Source of the DNA: a virus | Lineage: Duplodnaviria > Caudoviricetes | Strand: one strand, 5' to 3' | DNA length: 64,000 nt | Virus record (IMG/VR): IMGVR_UViG_3300014208_000002 | Coordinates: 1 to 64,000 of that record | In this document: in pieces, positions 7,972 to 17,426 of the stretch | How positions within the stretch are numbered: position 1 is the stretch's first letter | Layout of the letters: each line of letters opens with the position of its first letter | Position numbers and translations under genes: made by a program | Notes under the pieces: model-generated | Told to the model about the DNA's origin: nothing | The model's input: the letters and a program-made list of their open reading frames with translations, nothing else | Databases searched by the model: none

Positions 7972-10341
7972 ATGGCAGATACAGCAACAATAGATGGAGT
8001 GACAAAAAGTACCTCAGCCTTAGACAGTTCTTTATCTGCCTCATTTGTTTCCGCTTTAACCCGTCTTGCGGATTTATTGGAAAAAGACATAGATGGAAGA
8101 AAAGAAGTTCAAAAAGAAGTTAAAAAAGTTGCTAAAGAAAAAAAGAAGACCGAGGATATTCTTGAGAAGTTTGTAGGGGAGACGGCGCTAAAAGAAATTC
8201 TTAGTGTCACTAAAAAAATAACAGATGAAGAAGATATGTTTCAAAAAGCCTATAAGCAACTTGAAAATACTAAGAAAGAATTATTAGGAACTCGGTCAAA
8301 ACAAAGCCAAAAAAAATTAGAAGAAGTATTCACCCAACAAAGAAAACTAATTGAACTTGCTAAAAAACAAGGGGTTAAAGTAAAAGGGGGGAGTACTTCT
8401 GTTTTAGGAATGTTGGCTGGTGGGATTAAAGGTAAAATAAGTGGTGCTATTCGAGGCGCAGGAAGTAAAATACTGGGGCTTGGTGGGTTGACTGAAAAAA
8501 TAACTGGTATAACTGGTGAAAATATCTATGATAAATTATCTGAAAATCGAAGACTTAGACGAGCTAAAAAAGCCTCTCTTTTCTCTGGGGATAAAGGAAC
8601 TGGAGGCGGTAGTACCGTTCCAGCTTTGTTAGGGGCTGGTGCTGGAAATAAACCCCCCGTAAAGAAAAAATTAACTAGCACAATTACGGAACAAAAAGTT
8701 AAACAAACAGATTCCGCCGCATTAGGAACTTTACTTCTCTATAGATTTTTTAAGAGACAAAAAGGTGGAGATGAAGATGAGGTAAGTGGCGGAAAAGGTT
8801 TTAATCTAAACTCTATTATGAATCTCCTCGGGGGTGGGGGTGGTGGCGGACTAATGGCTAAAGTTGGGCCTATGATTGCAAAAGCTGGCTTTATTGGAGC
8901 AATAGTCATAGGCGTTCTTTGGGCAGTAATAGATGGAATAGCAGGAATTTTTAAAGCAAAGGAATGGAAAACGGATAAAATCTCAGCCTTTTTTGGAGGA
9001 ATGCTTGGAGGAACGGGTGGGGGAGCAAAGGGGGCTTTAAAGAATGCTGGTAAGTGGGCGCTTGTAGGCGCTGGTATTGGTGGTTTAGCTGGAGGCCCTA
9101 TTGGGGCACTTATTGGAGCGGCCATTGGTGCAGTGATCGGCGGTGTACTTGGCTGGATAGGTGGAAAAAATATAGCTAAGTTCTTTTCTAATGCTTGGAA
9201 GGACTTTAATAAAAAACTGAAAGTAGGTTGGGCACTTACCAAAGTAGGCTGGGAATTATTTAAAGTAGGGTTGAATCAAGTAGGAAATTGGATAAATGAT
9301 AAAATATTTAAGCCAGTTGGAGATGCTTTTAATTTTGTAAAAAAAGGTGTTATGACTGTAATTAAAGACCCACAAGGCGCAATAGAAGCAGTTGCTACTT
9401 TTGTTAATGATAAAGTTTTTACTCCTATGGATAATTTTCTCATGGGTATTCCTGGTGTAAATAAAGTATGGGATGCTACAAAAAATTTCTTTAAAGACCC
9501 TACAGCGGGTTTAGAAAAAGTAGGAGATTTCTTAGGAACACATTTTGGACCAGTTGGAAAAATGGCAGATAGTATAATAGATGGTTCCCTCTCTAAATTA
9601 AAAGCTATTGCCGCAGACCCTATAGGTGCAGTTAAAGGATTCTTTGAGAGTGTAAAAAATAATGTTGCCGCCTTTGCTGAAGACCCCAAAGGTTTTATAA
9701 AAAGTATTTTTGATAAAATAACAGACGGAATAAAAAAATTCTTCCAACCTCTTTCCGATTTCTTTGGATATGCTGGGTCTCTCTTTGCAGGGGGAGATAT
9801 ATGGGGAGGAATAAAAGCCCTTACTGTTGAAGATGGGGGTATAAAAACTTTAGGTGCTCGTTCAGAACAATGGGGGCGGGTTAATAGGTTTAATGAGTGG
9901 TTTGCTGGGGTAAAACCAAAAGACGTAGCAGGGTGGCAAAATGTTACTTCTATAGTAAATGCTACAGGTACTTCTAAACCGGCTTTCGCTAAAGCCCCTA
10001 TTGAAGAACAGATAGCCCGTCTAGATGCACTTAATCAACTGAACGCAAAGAGCGGCGTTAAAATGCTTGATGGAACTTTTCAACAGTTCCATCAAGGCGG
10101 TCGCTCTTCTGTTAATCAAGTTGCTATGCTTCGTGAGGACGAAATGGTTATGCCTTCTTTAGCATCTAATAATTTTGCTATGGAACAACTAAAAATAAAT
10201 CATGCACTTCTTTCGGCCATAAAAGATTTAAATGACAAATTAAAATCAAACAATAGCTCTGGTGGAGGTTCTGTGATTCAGCAAACAATAATAAATAGAT
10301 ATTCTCCTGAGTCTATGATGAATGCAATGGGGGTAGTATAA
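7972..10341 (+). CDS. tape measure protein (gp29-like position)
   Basis: 789 aa; coiled-coil N-terminus, Gly/Ala-rich hydrophobic segments (GALIGAAIGAVIGG), periodic W/F helical repeats. Confidence 0.8.
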   Translation: MADTATIDGVTKSTSALDSSLSASFVSALTRLADLLEKDIDGRKEVQKEVKKVAKEKKKTEDILEKFVGETALKEILSVTKKITDEEDMFQKAYKQLENTKKELLGTRSKQSQKKLEEVFTQQRKLIELAKKQGVKVKGGSTSVLGMLAGGIKGKISGAIRGAGSKILGLGGLTEKITGITGENIYDKLSENRRLRRAKKASLFSGDKGTGGGSTVPALLGAGAGNKPPVKKKLTSTITEQKVKQTDSAALGTLLLYRFFKRQKGGDEDEVSGGKGFNLNSIMNLLGGGGGGGLMAKVGPMIAKAGFIGAIVIGVLWAVIDGIAGIFKAKEWKTDKISAFFGGMLGGTGGGAKGALKNAGKWALVGAGIGGLAGGPIGALIGAAIGAVIGGVLGWIGGKNIAKFFSNAWKDFNKKLKVGWALTKVGWELFKVGLNQVGNWINDKIFKPVGDAFNFVKKGVMTVIKDPQGAIEAVATFVNDKVFTPMDNFLMGIPGVNKVWDATKNFFKDPTAGLEKVGDFLGTHFGPVGKMADSIIDGSLSKLKAIAADPIGAVKGFFESVKNNVAAFAEDPKGFIKSIFDKITDGIKKFFQPLSDFFGYAGSLFAGGDIWGGIKALTVEDGGIKTLGARSEQWGRVNRFNEWFAGVKPKDVAGWQNVTSIVNATGTSKPAFAKAPIEEQIARLDALNQLNAKSGVKMLDGTFQQFHQGGRSSVNQVAMLREDEMVMPSLASNNFAMEQLKINHALLSAIKDLNDKLKSNNSSGGGSVIQQTIINRYSPESMMNAMGVV

Positions 10342-11099
10342 TGGCTCTTCCTCAAGATATAAGAGGCGGTCCTGGAGGGGGAATGGCAAGCCCAGGCCGC
10401 ATGACAATAAATAATTCTCGATTTAAGCATGTCTATATTTCCACTACAGGGATGGGTAGACGAAATCAGCTTGTAACTAATATCCCTCTTATATTAGATG
10501 AAGAATTAACTATGACTCTATCCTCTCAATTTTCTTCTGTTATGCAAAGTTCAGATTCTTTTCTATCAAGAGCTTTAACTATGCTTGGAACAATGACAAG
10601 AGATATAGGCTTTGGTTTTTCAGGACAATTTGACTGGCAAGGCTACCAGATGTGGACGGGTACGGACCCAATTTCTCTTACTCTTAATTTTACATTCCAT
10701 GTTGGTTGTGCAGGTTTAAATGATGCAAAAAAAGAAGTGTATGAACCAATTATTGCTCTTGCAAAACTTCCTCTTCCAAGAGCAGGAATTGGTGGAAACC
10801 TTACTCCTCCAGGTCCATCATTATTAACCCTTCTTTCTGGAACAGATGCACGCCAAACTACGGCAGGAATTATAACTTCTATAAGAATTGCTAATATATT
10901 AGCCTTGGCAAATGTTATAGTAAAAAGAGCAGAGCCAACTTTTTCTTCTGAATTTGATGTGAACGGTTATCCTATTTGGGGAAAGATTTCTATTGAAATA
11001 GAAACTCTTCATACCGCTTCTCAGCAACTTCTGGACTTTAATGAGTTTGGTTCAGGAAGTGCGGCAGACCAAGAATCTTCTGAGTGGGCAGATGTTTAG
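10341..11099 (+). CDS. baseplate tube-cap / tube initiator (gp48-like)
   Basis: WTGTDPISLTLNFTF and YPIWGKISIEIET tube-fold features; follows the tape measure gene. Confidence 0.6.
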   Translation: MALPQDIRGGPGGGMASPGRMTINNSRFKHVYISTTGMGRRNQLVTNIPLILDEELTMTLSSQFSSVMQSSDSFLSRALTMLGTMTRDIGFGFSGQFDWQGYQMWTGTDPISLTLNFTFHVGCAGLNDAKKEVYEPIIALAKLPLPRAGIGGNLTPPGPSLLTLLSGTDARQTTAGIITSIRIANILALANVIVKRAEPTFSSEFDVNGYPIWGKISIEIETLHTASQQLLDFNEFGSGSAADQESSEWADV

Positions 11100-11107
11100 G
11101 AGAAGAT

Positions 11108-11419
11108 ATGAGATCATACTATAATTTAATGAAACTTTCTGAAACAGAAATAGCAAGTGATGGATCATATTATCCTGATGTTATGACTCTTCCTACCTCT
11201 GATTTTGTTTTTAGTACTGTTCCTATAGAGTATTATCTAACCTCAAACGATATTGAGCGAATAGATATTTTTGTAGGAAATACATATGGGTCTTCTGAAT
11301 ACTATGATTTGATTTTAGATATAAATGAAATAGATCATGTAAAAAATAAGGCCACTGGTGATCCTTTATATCTTCCTACTCTTAGAGAGTTAGATGATTT
11401 TTTTCTTAGGAATCGTTAA
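11108..11419 (+). CDS. baseplate wedge protein (gp53/LysM-like)
   Basis: RIDIFVGNTYGSSEYYDLILDIN...GDPLYLP pattern; ATG 11108 with GGAG RBS preferred over 11084. Confidence 0.65.
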   Translation: MRSYYNLMKLSETEIASDGSYYPDVMTLPTSDFVFSTVPIEYYLTSNDIERIDIFVGNTYGSSEYYDLILDINEIDHVKNKATGDPLYLPTLRELDDFFLRNR

Positions 11420-12642
11420 TGATAATAGATGGTTTTTATACAATCAATATTTATTTCAATGGTACACCTATTGTAGAGATGGAGAAGCTTTTTTCTTTCT
11501 CTCTTAAAGAATCAATTTATTCAATTTATACAACAGGTGTTCTTACAATAAAAGACGTTTCTTCTCTTTTACAAGAGTCTTATCTTTTAGTGGAAGGCTC
11601 TATTATTGAAATGGAGTATGGTGTATCAGGAAGAGCTATAAATCGTTGTAAATATGTTATTACTCATGAACTCTTACAGAAAATAGAAAAACAAGGAAAT
11701 CTTGTAGGAGATGTAGAATATCAATTGAAACACTTTTGGTATTCAAAACAGAAACTAATCAGTGCCGCTTATTCGGGAAGAATAGATGAGATTGTCGGAA
11801 AGATAGTTAGTAAATATGAGTTCGCCTCTACAGATATAGATATGAATTCTACTGGTAATGAGGATATTCATTATCAGCCCTTAATAAATGATGTGGAGTT
11901 TATAGATAAAAAACTTTTGCCCATATCTTTTTCAAATAATGCAAATGGAACTTCTTTCTATTCTTTTGTTACCTCTGACAATGTTTTTCATTATCGAAGT
12001 GGGCAATCTATGATGAATGGTTCTATAGCAGGAGACTATACATATAGAAGAAGCTCTTTTGAAGAATCCTCTACAACAGACAATAATAATCTTATTCTAT
12101 CTATAAAGAGATGGAAAGAAGATATTGACTTTTTTAGAAAAAAATCTTTTTATTCTGTATTTAGGCTTGACAGGGAGAGCGGAGACCTTCTTGAAGAAAA
12201 AAATAATATATATACTCATGGAAGTAGTAGTGATGTAGAGCGGGTTCCTGTAATTATGGAAGATAGTACAACACAAAGTTATATTGATTTAAATTATAAA
12301 CAAACTTTGGGAGGGATATCAGAAATCGGGCGACAGGAAAATCAAGAAGGTTATAGAAATTTTTTAAATAGAACAACTGCTTTTGTAGATCGTTTTATAT
12401 GTATAGTGTTTTTTAATCCTTCTCTTCATGCAGGGAAACCTATAAAACTTAATATCTATACTGTACTAAATAATGAGGAAACACTCTCTTCTACTTATTC
12501 AGGGAAGTATCTAATTGAAGAGCTTGAGCATGTTTGGAATGGGTCCGATAGAAGAGGATTTACTATTATAAAAGTAGGTAGAAAATATGTAAGTACAATA
12601 GAAAGTAATGAAGTACAAACACAGAAGTTTATAAGAAGATAG
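11419..12642 (+). CDS. baseplate hub protein (gp27-like)
   Basis: FSLKESIYSIYTTGVLTIKD N-terminus; C-terminal YSGKYLIEELEHVW. Confidence 0.7.
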   Translation: MIIDGFYTINIYFNGTPIVEMEKLFSFSLKESIYSIYTTGVLTIKDVSSLLQESYLLVEGSIIEMEYGVSGRAINRCKYVITHELLQKIEKQGNLVGDVEYQLKHFWYSKQKLISAAYSGRIDEIVGKIVSKYEFASTDIDMNSTGNEDIHYQPLINDVEFIDKKLLPISFSNNANGTSFYSFVTSDNVFHYRSGQSMMNGSIAGDYTYRRSSFEESSTTDNNNLILSIKRWKEDIDFFRKKSFYSVFRLDRESGDLLEEKNNIYTHGSSSDVERVPVIMEDSTTQSYIDLNYKQTLGGISEIGRQENQEGYRNFLNRTTAFVDRFICIVFFNPSLHAGKPIKLNIYTVLNNEETLSSTYSGKYLIEELEHVWNGSDRRGFTIIKVGRKYVSTIESNEVQTQKFIRR

Positions 12643-12650
12643 GAGAAAAG

Positions 12651-13595
12651 ATGTTTATACCAGAAATATATAAAGGAGTGGTAGTCGATAATAAAGACCC
12701 AGTAGAAAAAGGGCGACTACAAATACAGGTTTTGCCTGAATTAAAGGATGTAAGCTCTTCCTTACTCCCTTGGATGCGCCCTTTTATGTATCAAGATGTA
12801 GTAAATACCCCTCTACCTATAGGAACACAAGTCTGGTGTTTTTTCATAGACCCATTTTGGAAAGACGGGTATTGGATTTCAAGTCAATTTATAGATGGAT
12901 TTTATGATTATGAAAGTGTTTTATCTAACGTATCAAATATAATTGAATTAGACTCCCCAGAATATCCTCAGCCATTTTTTAAAAAGTATGCGGATAATAC
13001 AGTTTTATTTCATAATGAATTGACAAAAGAGTCCGGCGTACTATCTCCTTTTGGGTCATATATTATTTTTAATAAAACAGGTAATATTGTTCTCTCTAAT
13101 TCAGGGAATACTCAAACAGTCTCTTCTGCTCTTTTTCAAATAAAAACCCCCAATATTATTGATATTTCTTCTGTAGATGGAATGAATTCTATAAAGCTTG
13201 ATGCCTCTACGAATTCGGTGAACATTGTTACAGCAAAACAAATATATAATAAAACTTCTTATTTTGCTATAGAAGCTTCTACTTTAAAAACTTCTATCGG
13301 ATCGGCAGAATTAAATTATACTTCTCTTATTGAAAGAACTACAGCGGGAAAAACAGAAACAGTCGGCGGAAATAAAATTACTACTATTACAGGAGATAAT
13401 CAAAACCTTGTACAAGGAAATTATGATTCTCTAAACTTTGGGGATTATAAGGTTTCAGTTAATATGCCTTTAAAAATGATAGAATTTAGTTATCTATTAG
13501 GTGCTATGAAAATACAAATAACATCATTAGGTATTACTATAGATGCTGGATTATTACCTGTATCCGTTAAAGGCTCTCTAGTATTTTTGGGGTAA
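12651..13595 (+). CDS. baseplate central spike (gp5/VgrG-like OB fold plus beta-helix, no lysozyme domain)
   Basis: YKGVVVDNKDPVEKGRLQIQV...LPW, PIGTQVWCFF. Confidence 0.85.
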   Translation: MFIPEIYKGVVVDNKDPVEKGRLQIQVLPELKDVSSSLLPWMRPFMYQDVVNTPLPIGTQVWCFFIDPFWKDGYWISSQFIDGFYDYESVLSNVSNIIELDSPEYPQPFFKKYADNTVLFHNELTKESGVLSPFGSYIIFNKTGNIVLSNSGNTQTVSSALFQIKTPNIIDISSVDGMNSIKLDASTNSVNIVTAKQIYNKTSYFAIEASTLKTSIGSAELNYTSLIERTTAGKTETVGGNKITTITGDNQNLVQGNYDSLNFGDYKVSVNMPLKMIEFSYLLGAMKIQITSLGITIDAGLLPVSVKGSLVFLG

Positions 13596-13598
13596 ATT

Positions 13599-13778
13599 AT
13601 GTGGGCTAAAACTACACTTAAATTGGTAGATAGAGAAAAAATGACTACAGCTAAAAACAGAATAGAAAAACAATTTAGAATTCTTTTAGATCAAGAGATT
13701 GAAAAATTAGATGAGTTTATGATGATACTAAGTGCTATGAAAGAAAAGCAAGATGGTCATCTTACAAAGAAGGAATAA
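13599..13778 (+). CDS. 59-aa hypothetical protein missed by the ORF track
   Basis: MWAKTTLKLVDREKMTTAKNRIEKQFRILLDQEIEKLDEFMMILSAMKEKQDGHLTKKE fills the gap exactly between 13595 and 13781. Confidence 0.65.
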   Translation: MWAKTTLKLVDREKMTTAKNRIEKQFRILLDQEIEKLDEFMMILSAMKEKQDGHLTKKE

Positions 13779-13780
13779 TA

Positions 13781-16700
13781 ATGGGCTGGGAAAAACAAGA
13801 AAACTTTACAATAAAAGCCCCTCAATTTGTTTATGATATGAAGACAAGTATTGAAGACTTTTATGATACAACAATAAAGCCTTATGTAGGAGAAAATTAT
13901 CCTCCTGAATTAGGGGGGTCTATTGGCAATATAATAAACATTATAAATACTGTTGCCGAAAACCTTACTACTCAAATAACTGATCCCTTTGCAAGTTTTA
14001 TAAAAGCATTCGGAAGTCAGCTAACAAGTACGGTTTCTAATATTGCGAATACTGGAGTAAGTGCTATAGTAGTTCACCCATACAATGTTGATGGCGCAGA
14101 TATGATTAGCGTTCCGGTAGACCCTATTCATTTACCCCCTAATTTTCAGTCTCTTTATTATTCTGCTATGGCGATAAGACAAGAAATGCTTGGGGTTTCC
14201 GAAAGTTTATCGGAGATACCTGTTGCAGAGTATACGGAGGCAATAAAAACAGCTTGGGTAGGTGTTACTGACAAAGACCTATCAGCTTTAAACATTGAAA
14301 ATTTATTTTCTATGAAATTAAAAAAACTTACCCCTATGGAAGCAGTAAATAAAGTAATAAATTCTCTTTATGATGACAGTGATGCGGAAAGACCTCAGAT
14401 AGGGCCTGGAGGGGCAGTTGCAGGATTTGGCATTCTAATAACTTCTGGGAACTACATTGAGTTTATGAGTGCTGTAAATATGATAAAAGAGTTTTTTAAT
14501 TTTAAAGATATAGTAGATTTTGCAGATTCCATAGATAAGAAAATAGATTCAAAAATAGCTCTTCTTGGAGAATGGGATGAAATATACGAGGAATGGAAAA
14601 ATGAAAATATAGAAAATAATCCTATAGTTGTAGCGTCTACTGCTCTGCTATTAGAACCTCAAACCGTAAAATTGTCCATGTCAGAATTAAGAGAACAATA
14701 TCTTATGTATAAAGAAGATGTTCCTCTTATTGAGGTGGATGGAGTTGAAGTAAGATCAATGGCGTTCCGATATTATCTTCAAACAGTTTTTGCTACGAAC
14801 GCCACCCGAAATCCTATTAAAGCTCAAAAACCCAATTGGTACTCTCTTACACTATCAAATTCTGTTACTTGCATTAAAGATATCTATGAGAGTATTGCTT
14901 TCTACTCAGAGCAAATAAATGGTTATGTAAAAGAAGCAAGCTCTACTCTTAAAGAAGCAATTTTTATTTTTCAGGCGAGGGTTCAGCAATTGATAGATGT
15001 AGTTGCCCGAATACTTTCAACCATAGAAACATTTGCTTCCTTACCAGAGCTATTAAGCGTGCATACTATTTCTTTTGCAGAGGATGGTGGTACTGATGTT
15101 ATTGCAGAGCAACTTGCTCTTTTTGATGATACTGGTATGGAAGATAATAATTTTACCCTCTTTGCTCTTTTTACAGCACAGTCAGTAGCAATAAATGATT
15201 TTAAAATGTTTTTTGAAATGTTCAACACCCTTGCCGATCAATGGTCGCAAGTAAATCTTTTAGATAATGGTGAATTAGTAAATGATTTAGACCAACTAAG
15301 TACAGAAGAAAACCCTGGCTCAACCTCTACTCTAGATGAGACTGTTCCTCTTAATGATGGAACAGCTTCTACCCCAACAGAGCCTCCTGCCCTATCCTCT
15401 GATATACAGAGTATGTTAGCAGTATATGCAAATGGTTCAGCACTTAATCCACCTATTGCTTTTAGTTCCGGCAGAATAGACAATAATGTTACTTATCCTC
15501 CTATTGCTCCCTATTGGGACAATGTAAGTGGAGTAACAATAACTGCCTATCTTCAAGAGTGTGATGGAGATTTTACAATACCCATTGAATCTTTTAGGCC
15601 CTTTACTAAGGGCACCTCTATAGATGGAAATGTAAATAATACTCCTACTTATTATAATTTAAAAGTTGATGCTTTAAGAGATAATAATAGCTTGGTTACA
15701 AGTATTACTTATAGTTTTATTATAGATTATACATTAAAAGTTCCCCCAAGAATATTCCCTTCAAATATAACAGAAGCAGGAGTATATACTGAAGACCCTG
15801 ATGGGGTGCGATGGGAAGAATACTCAGGATATAGTATTTCAGCCCATGTAGATAAAAACTTTGGTTCAGAAGTATCTCCTGATTGGAAAAATTGGGATTA
15901 TGTTGATCCTGGTCATCCAGGAACAGGAAGTTACTTAAAAGGTTATGAATTACCAAATGGTAGTTATAGAATAACTCTTAGGGCAACAAGCATCGCTGTC
16001 CCCGCTCTATATACAAATAATATAACGTCTTTTATTATTGATAGTACTGCTTATAAACCAAATGATAATATAGTCACAGGCATTACAAATAGACAAGTTT
16101 ATTCCGTTCCCACCTCCTTTTCTTGGAGTCCAGATTCCGCTTTAATAACTACCACAGCCACAATTAAAAGAAATGGTGGTATAGCTATCCCTATTACCTC
16201 GGCGGATATTCCCTATTCAGTCACAGATGATGGAACATACAAACTAAGGGTCACTACAATAAACTCTCAAAATACAACTTATACTTCTGTAAAAACCTAT
16301 ACTTTTGTAATAGATAAAGTTTACCCCTCATATGTTCCTGTTTTATATTGTTCTGAGATTCAGGATAATCAAGTATATCCTTCTGCTTTTAAGCTTTACT
16401 GGTCAAAGAATGAGAAAGCGGTTTCTGTTGCAGACCTCATAAACTATAGTAATACGATGGTTTATAATGATCGATACTCTCAACTTAGTTATGCAAATAT
16501 AGTCTATAGTGAATTACTTTATTGGGAGTTCAGTAGAAAAGAAAATACTTTGACTCTTTCTCTATATGAACGAGAAGAAGGAGACACAGCTTCTTTAGTG
16601 GCTATTGGAACAAGAGAAGGAAACGGGGTTGTATCTTTGGTTGCCCAAAATAACTCTGGAGTAACTGGAGAAATAACATTAGAATATAAACGAAAAATAA

Positions 16701-16993
16701 GTTTAAACTCAAGTAATATTATCGCCCCAAATGGAATAAGTGCTCCTGTCCCTATGGGAACAACAATTTCAACAAATGGTTCTTATGAACTGAACTTTAC
16801 ACTATCTTCTCTTACAGGGGATACAGAAAGCCGGAGAAAGTTAGAGTTTACCGTAAATATTCCTGATCTAAGAGTACAATATTTACGGATACTTCCTTAT
16901 AGTCCTTCTATTCAGGCAAATGTTAGAATTGTTAATCTAAATAGTCAATTAGGAAGTATAACTCCCTATTCAGTAATAGTTTCTACTCCATAG
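13781..16993 (+). CDS. large baseplate-region protein: helical N-half, Pro/Thr linker, beta-rich Ig-like C-half
   Basis: 1070-aa ORF between the spike and gp25-like genes. Confidence 0.75.
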   Translation: MGWEKQENFTIKAPQFVYDMKTSIEDFYDTTIKPYVGENYPPELGGSIGNIINIINTVAENLTTQITDPFASFIKAFGSQLTSTVSNIANTGVSAIVVHPYNVDGADMISVPVDPIHLPPNFQSLYYSAMAIRQEMLGVSESLSEIPVAEYTEAIKTAWVGVTDKDLSALNIENLFSMKLKKLTPMEAVNKVINSLYDDSDAERPQIGPGGAVAGFGILITSGNYIEFMSAVNMIKEFFNFKDIVDFADSIDKKIDSKIALLGEWDEIYEEWKNENIENNPIVVASTALLLEPQTVKLSMSELREQYLMYKEDVPLIEVDGVEVRSMAFRYYLQTVFATNATRNPIKAQKPNWYSLTLSNSVTCIKDIYESIAFYSEQINGYVKEASSTLKEAIFIFQARVQQLIDVVARILSTIETFASLPELLSVHTISFAEDGGTDVIAEQLALFDDTGMEDNNFTLFALFTAQSVAINDFKMFFEMFNTLADQWSQVNLLDNGELVNDLDQLSTEENPGSTSTLDETVPLNDGTASTPTEPPALSSDIQSMLAVYANGSALNPPIAFSSGRIDNNVTYPPIAPYWDNVSGVTITAYLQECDGDFTIPIESFRPFTKGTSIDGNVNNTPTYYNLKVDALRDNNSLVTSITYSFIIDYTLKVPPRIFPSNITEAGVYTEDPDGVRWEEYSGYSISAHVDKNFGSEVSPDWKNWDYVDPGHPGTGSYLKGYELPNGSYRITLRATSIAVPALYTNNITSFIIDSTAYKPNDNIVTGITNRQVYSVPTSFSWSPDSALITTTATIKRNGGIAIPITSADIPYSVTDDGTYKLRVTTINSQNTTYTSVKTYTFVIDKVYPSYVPVLYCSEIQDNQVYPSAFKLYWSKNEKAVSVADLINYSNTMVYNDRYSQLSYANIVYSELLYWEFSRKENTLTLSLYEREEGDTASLVAIGTREGNGVVSLVAQNNSGVTGEITLEYKRKISLNSSNIIAPNGISAPVPMGTTISTNGSYELNFTLSSLTGDTESRRKLEFTVNIPDLRVQYLRILPYSPSIQANVRIVNLNSQLGSITPYSVIVSTP

Positions 16994-17012
16994 AATAAGG
17001 GGGGAGAATTAT

Positions 17013-17020
17013 TACTAATA
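17013..17020 (+). promoter_or_regulatory. candidate late promoter TACTAATA
   Basis: Intergenic motif copy, only 4 nt before ATG 17025. Confidence 0.5.
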
Positions 17021-17024
17021 CAAT

Positions 17025-17414
17025 ATGAATATAGCTGAAGTACCTAAAATTTATGATATTCTTTATACCGGCGAAACTTCTGGCGCATTAGCGGAGTCTT
17101 GGAATAGAGATGCTTTTATTAATTCCTTAAAAATTTGGTTAGCATCCTTTTCCGGGGAGTCTATGCACGCCCCTTCTAGGGGGGGTTATTTAACTCAATT
17201 TTTAATGAAGCCTATGTCAGAAGCAAATCTTGAGCATATGAAGGATACTATCCGAGTAGGATTAACAAATGATTTTACCCCAAAGGTAAAAGTAAGTTAT
17301 GTTCAAGTAATTCCCCACTACAAAGAAAGATTTTGGGAAGTAAATGTTTCTGTTTATTCTCCTGACTTGAAGCAACAAATAGATATGAGTGAACAATTAA
17401 GAAGTTTAGTATAA
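17025..17414 (+). CDS. baseplate wedge protein (gp25-like)
   Basis: 129 aa; GESMHAPSRGGYLTQFLMKPM...FTPKVKVSYVQV pattern, directly before the gp6-like gene. Confidence 0.75.
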   Translation: MNIAEVPKIYDILYTGETSGALAESWNRDAFINSLKIWLASFSGESMHAPSRGGYLTQFLMKPMSEANLEHMKDTIRVGLTNDFTPKVKVSYVQVIPHYKERFWEVNVSVYSPDLKQQIDMSEQLRSLV

Positions 17415-17426
17415 GGAAGAAACCCT

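Noticed and set aside
8739-9689. Long antisense ORFs (8739..9242, 9276..9689) opposite the tape measure gene
   Set aside because: Shadows of Gly/Ala-rich codons; no RBS or recognisable motifs.
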